The notes under the pieces are model-generated. The model made no database searches, was not told the origin of the DNA, and was given only the letters and a program-made list of their open reading frames with translations. A DNA stretch of 44,786 bases, taken from positions 1,728-46,513 of the forward strand of contig CAXUEW010000002.1 in NCBI GenBank assembly GCA_964250115.1, in the 5' to 3' direction. This DNA is from an uncultured Terriglobus sp. GTDB taxonomy: Bacteria > Acidobacteriota > Terriglobia > Terriglobales > Acidobacteriaceae. Positions 27,325-37,195 of the stretch are shown here, in pieces. Numbering within the stretch: the first letter of the stretch is position 1; each line of letters begins with the position of its first letter. Position numbers and translations under genes: made by a program.

Positions 27325-28764
27325 ATGGGCATACGTCGACATACTGCATACAACATTGCCGGCTCGATTGTTCCTATGTGTGTAGGCATCGTGACTGTGC
27401 CTATTTATCTGCGCTTCATTGGCGAAGCCCGATATGGAATTCTGGCCATTGTTTGGTTGTTTCTAGGTTACTTTGGCATGTTTGATCCGGGTATCACGAG
27501 AGCCGCACTGTTTCAAATTGCTCGATTGAATCAGCGTGGTCAGGAGAAGGAGCGGGAAAGCGTCTTCTGGACTGCGCTGGCCGTTAACCTAGCTTTTGGA
27601 GTTGCTGGAGGGGTCGTTCTGTACTTTGCGGCCAAGCCTTTTTTCTTAACCACCTTCAAGATGCCCCAAGCAATGCGCGGTGAAGTCCTCGCCAGTCTGC
27701 CTTGGCTGGCTGCTTCGGTTCCAGTCTCCATTGGCACTGCTGTTCTGGGAGGTGCTCTGCAGGCTCGTGACGGCTTCGCGGCTTACAACATGATTTATAG
27801 CTTGAACGCTGTTACTACTCAGCTAATTCCGTTAGGGGTGGCGTACTGGTATGGGCCCAATCTTAAGTGGCTGATCTGTACTGTCCTGGTCACACGCGCT
27901 CTGGGTGCATTCCCCTCAATAGCTGTGCTGTTTCACCTGCTTCCACTTGGCCAGGGTGGCGGTTTTGATCGTTCGCGTCTGCGGCTGCTGTTTAGCTATG
28001 GTGGCTGGGTAACAATTTCCAACCTGATCAATCCCATCCTAACTTCAATGGATCGCATGCTGGTTGGTACCGTTCTCGGCGCCGAAGCGGTTACCTTCTA
28101 CACTGTGCCTTTCAATTTGGTGAGCCGGGCCTCCATCCTTCCAGGAGCGTTTGCTACCAGCCTGTTTCCGAAGCTTGCCCGTGCCAGTACCCAGGACAGC
28201 GAACATCTGGCCGCTGAATCGGTTGTGGCCCTGAGTGCCGTGATGACGCCGCTGATCATCGCCACAGTCGCTGTGTTGCCCACCTTTATGCGCTTCTGGG
28301 TGGGCGCTAGCTTCGCGCTAAGAGCCGCTCCAATTGGTGTCATTCTGTTACTGGGTATTTGGATCAATGGTCTGGCATTCATCCCTTTTGAACAACTACA
28401 GGCCTCGGATCGGCCTGATCTCACCGCGAAATTTCACGCGGCGGAATTCATTCCATTTCTCGGAATACTTTGGCTTGGCCTGCATTTTTTTGGCCTTTTA
28501 GGGGCCGCTTGGGCCTGGACTATTCGCGTAACCATTGATGCGTTACTGCTATTTCTGGTAGCTGGTAAAACGCCGAAGTGGCAACGCATTCTTCCAGGCG
28601 TCTGTATGGTGCTGGCATCTGCTCTTGCGGCTCCGGCACGGGCAATCTCCGTGAGATCCGGGGTGGATCTGGTCCTTTTCGTTACCGCTCTGTTTTGGGC
28701 TTGGCATGTCAGCCCAATGCTGCGTGCAGCGGTTCAGAAGCGACCGGGAGTTGCTCCGGTTTAA
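27325..28764 (+). CDS. wzx: Wzx-type polysaccharide flippase
   Basis: MGIRRHTAYN...GEARYG...FDPGITRA, MDRMLVG, LFPKLA; 12-14 TM. ATG at 27325 preferred over the ORF-track TTG. Confidence 0.85.
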   Translation: MGIRRHTAYNIAGSIVPMCVGIVTVPIYLRFIGEARYGILAIVWLFLGYFGMFDPGITRAALFQIARLNQRGQEKERESVFWTALAVNLAFGVAGGVVLYFAAKPFFLTTFKMPQAMRGEVLASLPWLAASVPVSIGTAVLGGALQARDGFAAYNMIYSLNAVTTQLIPLGVAYWYGPNLKWLICTVLVTRALGAFPSIAVLFHLLPLGQGGGFDRSRLRLLFSYGGWVTISNLINPILTSMDRMLVGTVLGAEAVTFYTVPFNLVSRASILPGAFATSLFPKLARASTQDSEHLAAESVVALSAVMTPLIIATVAVLPTFMRFWVGASFALRAAPIGVILLLGIWINGLAFIPFEQLQASDRPDLTAKFHAAEFIPFLGILWLGLHFFGLLGAAWAWTIRVTIDALLLFLVAGKTPKWQRILPGVCMVLASALAAPARAISVRSGVDLVLFVTALFWAWHVSPMLRAAVQKRPGVAPV

Positions 28765-28767
28765 CTC

Positions 28768-29523
28768 CTATCCCCGACCCTTGAGAGTCCTGAGATAGAG
28801 GGCATGGCGTATCTGTTTCTTCATTTTTGTGAAGGTAGTTGGCGTAAATACATCGCCTATGCTGCCTGAGACTCCGTGAACCTGCAGTGCTTCAGGCAGG
28901 GGCGCCCAACTTCCCCGATCGGCCATCACAGCGTGACAGGCGCGTGCCAAGACCTGCTCAAAAGTAGAGCCTTCTGTGTCATTGATTTCAGGCAGCCTGG
29001 GGAAAAAGTATTTCTCCAGAAACTCCGTGGAGGCACCAAAAGCGCGGCTATCGGCCCATGTTAGATTCTGCTCCAGGTTGCACAGCAGGTCTAGGTCCTG
29101 GCGCTCCGCAAGTGGCTGCAGAAGCGCCGCGGCATTGGCAAGGTAATACCTTCCCGTCACCTTAAAGAATCGAGGCGCTCGGCGAAGGATCTCCGAGTTG
29201 GCGACGCAATGCTTAAGGCACAACATCTCTCCGTAGCCTTTGCCCAGAGACCCATCAAAGGGCGGACAGACGAAAGAAAGAAATTCAACTCGTTTCTCTG
29301 GAGCACTTGCGGCGATGTTCCTGAATTCAGATAGATCATAACCGGAGTTTTCTACATACACGATTAGGGGAAAGCCGGCGGTTTGAACCCAACGGGTAAA
29401 GGCGCCCTTGTAATCATCGAGCCTTGTAGCAGTGTCTCTTCTCGCAACAAAGGCCATATCGTGCTTCACTTGCACGGTAGCCGTGAGAATCAGACAAGGT
29501 GCAACATCATCACGCAGTTTCAT
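28768..29523 (-). CDS. Conserved hypothetical protein of polysaccharide loci (possible GT-A-like transferase)
   Basis: ILTAT, RLDDY, YVENSG, GKGYGE and KVTGRY motifs; context. No function can be assigned. Confidence 0.55.
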   Translation of the reverse strand: MKLRDDVAPCLILTATVQVKHDMAFVARRDTATRLDDYKGAFTRWVQTAGFPLIVYVENSGYDLSEFRNIAASAPEKRVEFLSFVCPPFDGSLGKGYGEMLCLKHCVANSEILRRAPRFFKVTGRYYLANAAALLQPLAERQDLDLLCNLEQNLTWADSRAFGASTEFLEKYFFPRLPEINDTEGSTFEQVLARACHAVMADRGSWAPLPEALQVHGVSGSIGDVFTPTTFTKMKKQIRHALYLRTLKGRG

Positions 29524-29687
29524 AGATTAAGGTCGATTATAGGCAGAATCATATAGCCGTTCGGCCTCAGTAGAACGCTGGGCGCGTGTGATCTGGCCAA
29601 GGCCCGGCAGAGAAACCGGATGATACCCTGTAGAGGATTACCGGGCTCCAAAAGAAGCCTGGCAGAATCCGTACTCTTGTGCACCTT

Positions 29688-30497
29688 ATGCTGATCACGG
29701 TTATTACGCCCAGCAGGAATCAGGGCTGCTTCATCGGGGATTGCCTCCGGTCAATTTATGCGCAGACCCACAAGGAGATCGAGCACATTGTGCTGGATGG
29801 CATGTCCACGGATGATACCGCCGCAGTCGTAGCACAGTATCCTTCGACATTTCTACAGCAGAAGGACACAGGGCCTGCGCAGGCCATTAATCGAGGTCTT
29901 TCGATGGCCCAGGGCGAGATAGTCTGCTGGTTGAACTCCGACGATCTCTTTTTCGACGCAGAGGTTCTGGCCTTTGTCGCACAGGCCTTTGAGGAACATC
30001 CCAAAGTAGACGTGGTCACAGGTGACGGTTACTACATAAGCCAAGACGGGCGCATGTTGCAACCCATCGTTCCACCGCACCCAAATCGGATGACGAAGCA
30101 ATGGATGCGGCGCTATGACATGTTTTTGCAACCTGCCACATTCTGGCGGCGCAACGAACATCGCCTGGATGAAGCATTGCACTATGGATTTGACTGGCAG
30201 TTGTGGAACCAGTTTTATGACGCGGATCTTAGCGTCCTGTACACCCCGCGCTACATGGCCTTATACCGGCTCCATGGAGAGAGCCTTACCCAGCAAGACT
30301 CTCCCGCCCGTCGCCGTGAGCTTTACAAGCTTGTCTGCAAGCACAGCGGCAGCCGGGCCCAAGCCCTTTGGTGCTGGACGGTGTGGAAGGCTTACTGCGC
30401 GGATCAGCATCTGCCGGGAAATTTCGTGAAGCCCACACTGGATGTCATGAACAGAATCCTGAGCAAACTGACTTTCGGCAAAATCACCTCCGTATGA
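29688..30497 (+). CDS. Glycosyltransferase family 2
   Basis: ITVITPSRNQG, VLDGMSTDDT, AINRG and WLNSDD motifs. Confidence 0.9.
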   Translation: MLITVITPSRNQGCFIGDCLRSIYAQTHKEIEHIVLDGMSTDDTAAVVAQYPSTFLQQKDTGPAQAINRGLSMAQGEIVCWLNSDDLFFDAEVLAFVAQAFEEHPKVDVVTGDGYYISQDGRMLQPIVPPHPNRMTKQWMRRYDMFLQPATFWRRNEHRLDEALHYGFDWQLWNQFYDADLSVLYTPRYMALYRLHGESLTQQDSPARRRELYKLVCKHSGSRAQALWCWTVWKAYCADQHLPGNFVKPTLDVMNRILSKLTFGKITSV

Positions 30498-31261
30498 GTC
30501 AACAGGCACCTGCAAGGTTGTTGGGAGGATCACGAGTCCTCGCCCCGCTCGCGTCTGAGATGTCACCTCTCCTGTCCGTCATCATCGTCGTGTTTCGCGA
30601 TCGCGAAGAGCTTACCGCAATCATCCGCAGCATCCTTCCGCATCGCTCTTCCGCATTGGAAATTGTGGTGGTTGATGGATTCTCTGAAGACGGCACGGTG
30701 GAGGTCCTGCAATCGTTCGGAAGCCAGGTGGATTTTTGGCTTAGTGAGCCGGACCAGGGCATTTATGAAGCGATGAACAAAGGTCTAGAGGCTGCCCGCG
30801 GCACCTATGTGCTCCATCTGAACGCAGGCGACAGGCTGCTCCATGTGCCTTGGCAGGAGCTGAGCCAGTGCGCCGTTGAAAGCGTGGACGTTGTGTGTTG
30901 CCGTGTTTTGCTGGATGGTGTCCGCGAGTTCGTTTCGCGCACGAGCCTGCTGTCAAAGCTCGATAACACGTGGCACCACCAAGGAACCTTCTACCGGCGC
31001 GCGGCGCACCTGGGGTATGACCCGACGTATCGCACAAGTGCTGATTTCGATCACAACCAGAAGTTGATGAAACGGGGATGCATGGTTCGACAACTGCCGA
31101 TGATCGTTGCCGACCACGAGGGGAACGGCATCTCTATGCGTGAAGCCGGCCATCAGGAGACTTATCGAAGCGTTCGAACGAATTACGGGCTGGGTTTTTT
31201 ACTTATCTCTTGGTTGCGTTTCACCTTGCGAGATTTTCGGGATTGGCTATTCCGGCCTTAA
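30494..31261 (+). CDS. Glycosyltransferase family 2 (WcaE-like)
   Basis: VVDGFSEDGT, SEPDQGIYEAMNKG, LNAGD and HQG motifs. ATGA overlap with the upstream stop. Confidence 0.88.
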   Translation: MSQQAPARLLGGSRVLAPLASEMSPLLSVIIVVFRDREELTAIIRSILPHRSSALEIVVVDGFSEDGTVEVLQSFGSQVDFWLSEPDQGIYEAMNKGLEAARGTYVLHLNAGDRLLHVPWQELSQCAVESVDVVCCRVLLDGVREFVSRTSLLSKLDNTWHHQGTFYRRAAHLGYDPTYRTSADFDHNQKLMKRGCMVRQLPMIVADHEGNGISMREAGHQETYRSVRTNYGLGFLLISWLRFTLRDFRDWLFRP

Positions 31262-32950
31262 TGCCGCAATGCCGTGCGCCCAGAGGAGTTGAAGGCGTAC
31301 TTTCAACTGTCCGCCACGTGGCTTGCGCCCACTTAAGTTTGTTGCGTGCCTGCGATAGAACAGCAAAGGCTTTTCTAGGCAGATAGCGGTGTTGCTTCCG
31401 TGAAGTGCATTCCTCATGCCGATCCAGTGATCATGCAGAAAGTCGACTCCTTTCGGAAACGGCAGCACAGTCCCAAGGAGTGATGCTCGCAATGCCATTG
31501 CCGAGCCTTGAAAGTGATTGCGCAGAAGGTTGTGCCAGAAACCTGAATGAAAAACTTTTCTGTTACTGTACATGGTGCTTTCGATCGGCCGGCCATCTTG
31601 ATCAATAAAGGCGACTCGCGAGGTTACAAGGGTGATCTGCGGAGACTGCTCAAAGACCTCAAGGAAGCGTTCAACTTTATCAGGAGACCAGATATCATCG
31701 CCATCAGCAAGAAACAGAATATCGCCAGTGGCATTGCGAAGCGCCTCTTCAAAGGTGGCTACAACACCACCATTCTGTGAGTGCCGTATCAGGTGAATGA
31801 AGGGGCTTTGCAGCGAGTCAATGACGGAAACCGTGTTGTCCGTTGACGCGTCATCGACGATGACGATCTCATCCCCAGGTCGCAATTGCTGCAGGATAGA
31901 TCGAACCTGAACCTCAATGAAGGGTTCATTGTTGTAGGTTGCCATACAAACGGAGATCCGAGAACGCAGATTCTTTTCCGCACCTGTTCCCGGCGGTACA
32001 AACGCCATACGCGCCGGAAGACCTGGAAATAATTTCAACGTTTCCGTTCTCCAATGTCGCAGCCGCTTCTGTCTGGACCAAAAGAGTCGGCGCTTCAAAA
32101 ATTCTAGCGTGATGGGTAATAGGACGGTATCCCTGCGCTTCACCTGTTTGGCGGCGCGTACAGAAAGCCGTGCCGTTCGCTCCAAGCCGGCCAAGGTGCT
32201 CATCTCCAAGTCCCAGAAAGCGGACTCCGCAAGAAGAACATTGTGATAACGCTGTATTGAAGTGCGATTCTTCAGATCAAGCATAGAAAACTGATGTTGT
32301 ACTTTGATCTCGCCAGCCACGAACACCCGCTTGCCATGGCGATGCAGTTGTCGAAAGAGCAAGGTGTCGCTGTTATCCAGCCAAAACCAGGGATCGTACC
32401 CGCCCACCTGACGAAGCGTAGATATCCGCACAAGGGCACCGGAGTTGAACGCAAAAACATCCCTTGCGGGGCATCCGTAAAAGCCCAAACGGTACCATGA
32501 GGGTAGCGCCCCAGCTTTGAAGCAGTAAGGCGACAGGAGACGCCCATCACCAAGAATGTGTGGCACGATAGCTGCAACAACTGGCGTCTGTTCGACTTCA
32601 AGGGCAATGGCAACCATGTGCTCAAGAAAATTCCGGGGCAGTTTCGTGTCCTGATCCAGCGTTAGTAGCCATTGGGAGCCGTGGATCTCCCCTAATGCCG
32701 CCGCATGGTTGTACGCGGTGGCGAGGCCTTCGTTACGCTGGGCCGCCACATACAGAACTCCCTCCGGCAATGACGGTACCGTTTGCTTATATGGCGTATT
32801 GTCATAGACCAGAATCTGCAAACGCACACCTGTGCCACGGGCGCAGGCATATGCCTGCTGCAACGTGACAAACGCGTCCGAGTTCTCCGGCAACTGCTGA
32901 TACATCACAATGACGGCAGTAATAGATACCGTGATGTGGAGCGAACTCAT
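31247..32950 (-). CDS. Bifunctional glycosyltransferase with two GT2 domains
   Basis: N-domain YDNT, NEGLATAYN, LTLDQD, NSG (rhamnosyltransferase-like). C-domain ISVCMATYN, VDDASTDNT, FLADGDDIW, HDHW, YRRH. Confidence 0.85.
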   Translation of the reverse strand: MSSLHITVSITAVIVMYQQLPENSDAFVTLQQAYACARGTGVRLQILVYDNTPYKQTVPSLPEGVLYVAAQRNEGLATAYNHAAALGEIHGSQWLLTLDQDTKLPRNFLEHMVAIALEVEQTPVVAAIVPHILGDGRLLSPYCFKAGALPSWYRLGFYGCPARDVFAFNSGALVRISTLRQVGGYDPWFWLDNSDTLLFRQLHRHGKRVFVAGEIKVQHQFSMLDLKNRTSIQRYHNVLLAESAFWDLEMSTLAGLERTARLSVRAAKQVKRRDTVLLPITLEFLKRRLFWSRQKRLRHWRTETLKLFPGLPARMAFVPPGTGAEKNLRSRISVCMATYNNEPFIEVQVRSILQQLRPGDEIVIVDDASTDNTVSVIDSLQSPFIHLIRHSQNGGVVATFEEALRNATGDILFLADGDDIWSPDKVERFLEVFEQSPQITLVTSRVAFIDQDGRPIESTMYSNRKVFHSGFWHNLLRNHFQGSAMALRASLLGTVLPFPKGVDFLHDHWIGMRNALHGSNTAICLEKPLLFYRRHATNLSGRKPRGGQLKVRLQLLWAHGIAALRPE

Positions 32951-33026
32951 TTCAGGATATTCTGTATCTTATTCTGCCGTAATGTACGCAGGGTGAACTT
33001 GCACTAATGTCTGAAGAGCGACCGAC

Positions 33027-34343
33027 TTGCATCAGGCTAGACCGGAAAGGACGCGTCCTTTGTTAGAACTCCTGACAAACCTGGGATTTGATCCGAATCT
33101 CGTCTTGGGCGGCATGATCCTTTCAGCACTCCTCATTTTTGCTTTGTACCGCCGGTACATATTTAGCCTGCTCGAGCCCATTAGCATGTTTCTCGTGGCG
33201 CAGGTTGGTGATGCCACAATCATGCTAGCTCTTCCGCTAGCGCCTGCCTTTAAATGGCAGTTTTTGGCCTACATGCTTTCGCTGTGGGCGGGCTTTGCGC
33301 TATGTGCTAAGCCGATTCCGTCTTCTCCGATGATTCGCTTTAGCCAGCGCTCCCTTTCGGACCTAAGAATTATTCTTGCAGTTCTGGGCGGTGCCATCAT
33401 ATTAGCCAACGCCTACCTCGGAGAGGTGGCAGGCTTTCCTCTGCTTTCTGCTGATCCGTCCGCGGTGAAGGAGACCGTGTACACGGGCGGCCTCGGCATA
33501 GTTCGCCGAATCAACATGGGACCATACGCTTTCTTTTGCGCAGGCTGTACCCTTCTGATCGCGAACGGCAGTAATCGGCGTTTCGCAATTACGATCCTTT
33601 CACTTGCCACATCACTCGTGATTTTTTCTGGAGGCAAATCGGTTCTGCTTCCGCTTTTGTTTGCGCTCAGCTTCGCAGTAGCACATGGCGGCCTGTCTTC
33701 ATCTGTCCAGTTCAAAAAGCAGATTCGTAATTTCTCGGTCATCCTTCTGGGTGCAGGACTTTTGCTCGCCATCGTCATTACAAGCAAAGCGCAGGGTGGT
33801 ATTTTAGGCGGCGTGCAGAACTTTATGCTACGGCTTCTGCTTGCAGGCGATGTGATCTTATATTACTACCCACGCCGAGAAGTTGTGATGACTTTGGTGG
33901 ATGCAAATATTGTTGGATTTCTAAGGAATACCTTTTCCGACACAATGGGTTTGTTACGCCTCAGTGACTATAGCCTGCCGCTCGGGATTGTCATTCTTGG
34001 CTCCGAGGAAGGCGGCCCAAACGTGCAGTATTTCATTGCGGCGGATCTATTCTTTGGGCCCGTCGCTGGATGCTTGTACAGCTTCGCCGTGGGCGGTTGT
34101 ATGGCGATGCTTCGAAATGGCTTCTTTAGGGAAAGCTCGGACTCCGCAGTGCGATTTACGGTCCGGCTCTTTCTTGCCATTGTTGCTTTCGACCTGGCAA
34201 CTGAGGCCGGTATGTTCGTTACGGAGATCTTTATGGTCTTGCTTTGTGTCACACCCCTTTATTGGTTTGCCTGTCTCCTTCGTACGGCACTTAATACGAA
34301 AACTGCTATATGGTCGATCACGAAGCCGCTGCTAATCCCGTAG
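33027..34343 (+). CDS. Putative Wzy polysaccharide polymerase
   Basis: About 11 TM segments, SGGKS motif and a large late loop ending GPN, inside a wzx/GT cluster. Start uncertain. Confidence 0.6.
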   Translation: MHQARPERTRPLLELLTNLGFDPNLVLGGMILSALLIFALYRRYIFSLLEPISMFLVAQVGDATIMLALPLAPAFKWQFLAYMLSLWAGFALCAKPIPSSPMIRFSQRSLSDLRIILAVLGGAIILANAYLGEVAGFPLLSADPSAVKETVYTGGLGIVRRINMGPYAFFCAGCTLLIANGSNRRFAITILSLATSLVIFSGGKSVLLPLLFALSFAVAHGGLSSSVQFKKQIRNFSVILLGAGLLLAIVITSKAQGGILGGVQNFMLRLLLAGDVILYYYPRREVVMTLVDANIVGFLRNTFSDTMGLLRLSDYSLPLGIVILGSEEGGPNVQYFIAADLFFGPVAGCLYSFAVGGCMAMLRNGFFRESSDSAVRFTVRLFLAIVAFDLATEAGMFVTEIFMVLLCVTPLYWFACLLRTALNTKTAIWSITKPLLIP

Positions 34344-34345
34344 CT

Positions 34346-35590
34346 CTAAAGTGAATGCCCTCGAACAATCATTTTTGGGCATGTTGGAATACCTAAATTA
34401 TCCACGTCGTTAGGATTAAAGGACTGTTCCCACGTAGACATCGCCCACAGCGAGAGGAAAACTGCGCTGACAGCAAGATATTCTAGATCGGCCGTCATGG
34501 GTCGCGTAAGACCGCCCTCAGCCTGAACGATCGAAATCATGGGAGGCAGCACAAGAATTAAACTGGCTGCTCCTGCTAATAGAAAAACACGCCGTACGTT
34601 CATGTGCAGCAGAAAGCTGGTGGAGGCCACAAGTAAGGCTAATAGTGGAAGCGTGATGCCGGCAAAGGCTTGCGGCAGTTGGCGAAGCTTATCTGCGTTC
34701 TGGTTAAGTTGCCCTATCAGCTTTGTGACAGGATGAGGAGAAAAGACTGGAAATGTGACCAGGCTCCAAGTGACCAAGACACCGCCGACCATCCACAGCG
34801 CCCGTTGTAGCCGAGTACGTTGGATGGCCAGGGCGAACAGAAGAGGCATAACAACCAAATACAGTATCCGCGAAGACAAGGATATACCAAGGAAGATGGT
34901 CGCCAACCATGTCTTTGTCGTCGAATCTGAATCTTCAACAGCAAGACCGAAGACATAGATAGCAATACATACATACATGATGTTGGTAACGTAATCCCCG
35001 CCCACGTCTATATCGTTGAGATTTTCCAGCGAGGTCAGCAGAAAGACGACAACAAACACCAGCGCTGTCGAACGGCGCGCGTAGAACTTTGCGAGAAAAA
35101 CGAAGAAGGCTCCGGCCCAAAACACGTTCTGTAAAGCGATGCGACCAACAAAAAAGAACGGCATAGCGAGCCACATAGCACCAGGCAGGGGCGTTGGAGC
35201 ATGCCCCAGGAAGGTTCGGGCATCGTATGGATAGCGATGATGCAGTACGGCTATCAATTCAACTCTTAAAGCATCTTCACGATCAGAGCCCTTACCGGGG
35301 GCATGATGCTGGGATTTTGGATAGAGCACAGCAAAGGACGAGACCAAAATGCAGAAAGCGATGATTAATGACGAGCGAGGAATATCCGCGTTGCGACGGT
35401 AACTCTTACGAAGTAGCAACAGGAGTAATGCAACTCCCGTGCATCCTAGCGCGCATACCACCCACGCCTGCGGCAGGCCTACATACTTTTCTACCTGCGC
35501 TACCGTGCAGACCAGCCAACACAGCACAACCAGCACGACCAGGAGCACAAGGCGTGGCAGACGGAAATCTCTTTTCACCGCTGGTACCAT
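34346..35590 (-). CDS. Polytopic membrane protein, possible GT-C glycosyltransferase
   Basis: About 11 TM segments; first large loop SDRED..YPY..TPLPG followed by GGD, resembling GT87/DUF2029-type proteins. Confidence 0.5.
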   Translation of the reverse strand: MVPAVKRDFRLPRLVLLVVLVVLCWLVCTVAQVEKYVGLPQAWVVCALGCTGVALLLLLLRKSYRRNADIPRSSLIIAFCILVSSFAVLYPKSQHHAPGKGSDREDALRVELIAVLHHRYPYDARTFLGHAPTPLPGAMWLAMPFFFVGRIALQNVFWAGAFFVFLAKFYARRSTALVFVVVFLLTSLENLNDIDVGGDYVTNIMYVCIAIYVFGLAVEDSDSTTKTWLATIFLGISLSSRILYLVVMPLLFALAIQRTRLQRALWMVGGVLVTWSLVTFPVFSPHPVTKLIGQLNQNADKLRQLPQAFAGITLPLLALLVASTSFLLHMNVRRVFLLAGAASLILVLPPMISIVQAEGGLTRPMTADLEYLAVSAVFLSLWAMSTWEQSFNPNDVDNLGIPTCPKMIVRGHSL

Positions 35591-35665
35591 AAGTCATAGC
35601 CCTTCATAGTCTGGGGTGCTTGCCGTCTCTGGTTCCTTGCAGTGGGGCGCGTGCAAGTTGGTGCC

Positions 35666-36895
35666 CTATGGCTCGGGTACTCCACCCCTGAGCAGCTTGA
35701 TACGTTCAGCAATCAGAGGCTCAGCAATTTTTCGCCGATATGCTATCTGCAATAAAATAAATCCAATGCTGCCAAATAATCCGGCCATGAAAAAAACCAG
35801 GGCAATCGACGCACGTTTTGGACCGGACCGATAGTCTGGTCGTCGCGCCGGATCAATGACCTGTAGCAGATTGCCTTCACGAGCCTCGTCCAGCTTTGCC
35901 GCTTCAAACTGCCGTGCGAGGATTTCGAATATTGTCTCCTGGTACTTCACATCACGTAGCCTGCGTGCGTACTGTAGGCCGGCACCCGCTATTTGCCCCT
36001 GCGATCCCGTCAGACCACTGGATGTGGATGACGACTCCTTTGCGTTCAGGCCTGCGAGTTGTGCGCGCAGCTCGCTTAGCTCCCGCTGCACCTGCTGCAC
36101 GTCCGGATTTGCTTCGCTGTCGAAGGTGCGTAGCGATTGCAGGCGAACCTCATGGGTCGCAATCTGCGCGCGCAGGTTGTTGGCGGATTCAATCAAGGCC
36201 CTGGACTGCGCTTCTACCTGGATCATCCCGGTCGCGTTTTGGGTCCGTTTCAGCGCATCTTCCGCTTCAGCCAGCTTGTCTTTGGCCTGCTCCATCTGTT
36301 GCTCCAGAAAGAGCCGGCGCTGCGAGGCTTCGCCGATGGCTAGGTGCTGTGAAAGCTCTTTGGTCATGTCGATATACCCGTTGGCCAGGTCCATCGCATG
36401 GTCAGGGGTATCGGCAGTCACAGACAAACGAATGAATCCGTCCTTTTGCTTTGCATCGATGACGGTATCCGATTCCAGCCTCTTGCGAGCCTGCGAAACT
36501 CGCTTCACATGATAGTGGTCCACCAGATGGAAGCGCGAAATCAAGGCATCTTCCACCGTTTCGCTGCGGATAAATCCCACGTACACATCTGCGGGACTTT
36601 TCAGCGCAGTTCCGCCTAAAAGGCCCGCGGCAGACCCTGAACTTCCCAGCTGCGCCAGTAGCCCTGACGGAGACGAAGGGCTTTGCTGTGGAGGCAACAC
36701 CGTCGTCGTCGCAATGTAGTAAGACCCACGAAGCAGGGCCACGGCAACTCCAAGCAAAAGCGCGACCAGCGTTACCGATGAAATCAGCTTTCGCCGGTAC
36801 CAGGCGACAAGTAAAAGATTCACTCCCATCAACGAGACAGGAACAGGGGGGTCCGGGGGAGCTTGCGAGTCGTCTTGACACGAAGGAGCATGCAT
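35666..36895 (-). CDS. Polysaccharide co-polymerase / chain-length determinant (Wzz/GumC-like, no kinase domain)
   Basis: N-terminal TM, YIATTTVLPPQ, coiled coil, NPDV, LQVIDPARRP...SGPKR and a C-terminal TM. Confidence 0.85.
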   Translation of the reverse strand: MHAPSCQDDSQAPPDPPVPVSLMGVNLLLVAWYRRKLISSVTLVALLLGVAVALLRGSYYIATTTVLPPQQSPSSPSGLLAQLGSSGSAAGLLGGTALKSPADVYVGFIRSETVEDALISRFHLVDHYHVKRVSQARKRLESDTVIDAKQKDGFIRLSVTADTPDHAMDLANGYIDMTKELSQHLAIGEASQRRLFLEQQMEQAKDKLAEAEDALKRTQNATGMIQVEAQSRALIESANNLRAQIATHEVRLQSLRTFDSEANPDVQQVQRELSELRAQLAGLNAKESSSTSSGLTGSQGQIAGAGLQYARRLRDVKYQETIFEILARQFEAAKLDEAREGNLLQVIDPARRPDYRSGPKRASIALVFFMAGLFGSIGFILLQIAYRRKIAEPLIAERIKLLRGGVPEP

Positions 36896-37195
36896 TTCGC
36901 TCTTGAGAATACTCGTTCACTTCGTTTTGTGCATGTAAGGACTAGCCTGCTGGGCGGAGGATTCAGCAGGATACGACCAAGGTCACTAAATTCAATTCGT
37001 AAGCTTTACAAGGCAACTTTGACTGGCGAACAGATTTTATGAAGCACTCCTCGCCCATGACGTGCGGTTGCACATCAGGACGTTACCCTCGCGTTTCAGC
37101 CGCTTGATCCGCTGCTCAAACGAGCAAACTGCAGCAGCAAACTTAGCACGGCCGAAGTCAAATGCTAGTAGATTTCGAATGGCTGAGAGCGCACA

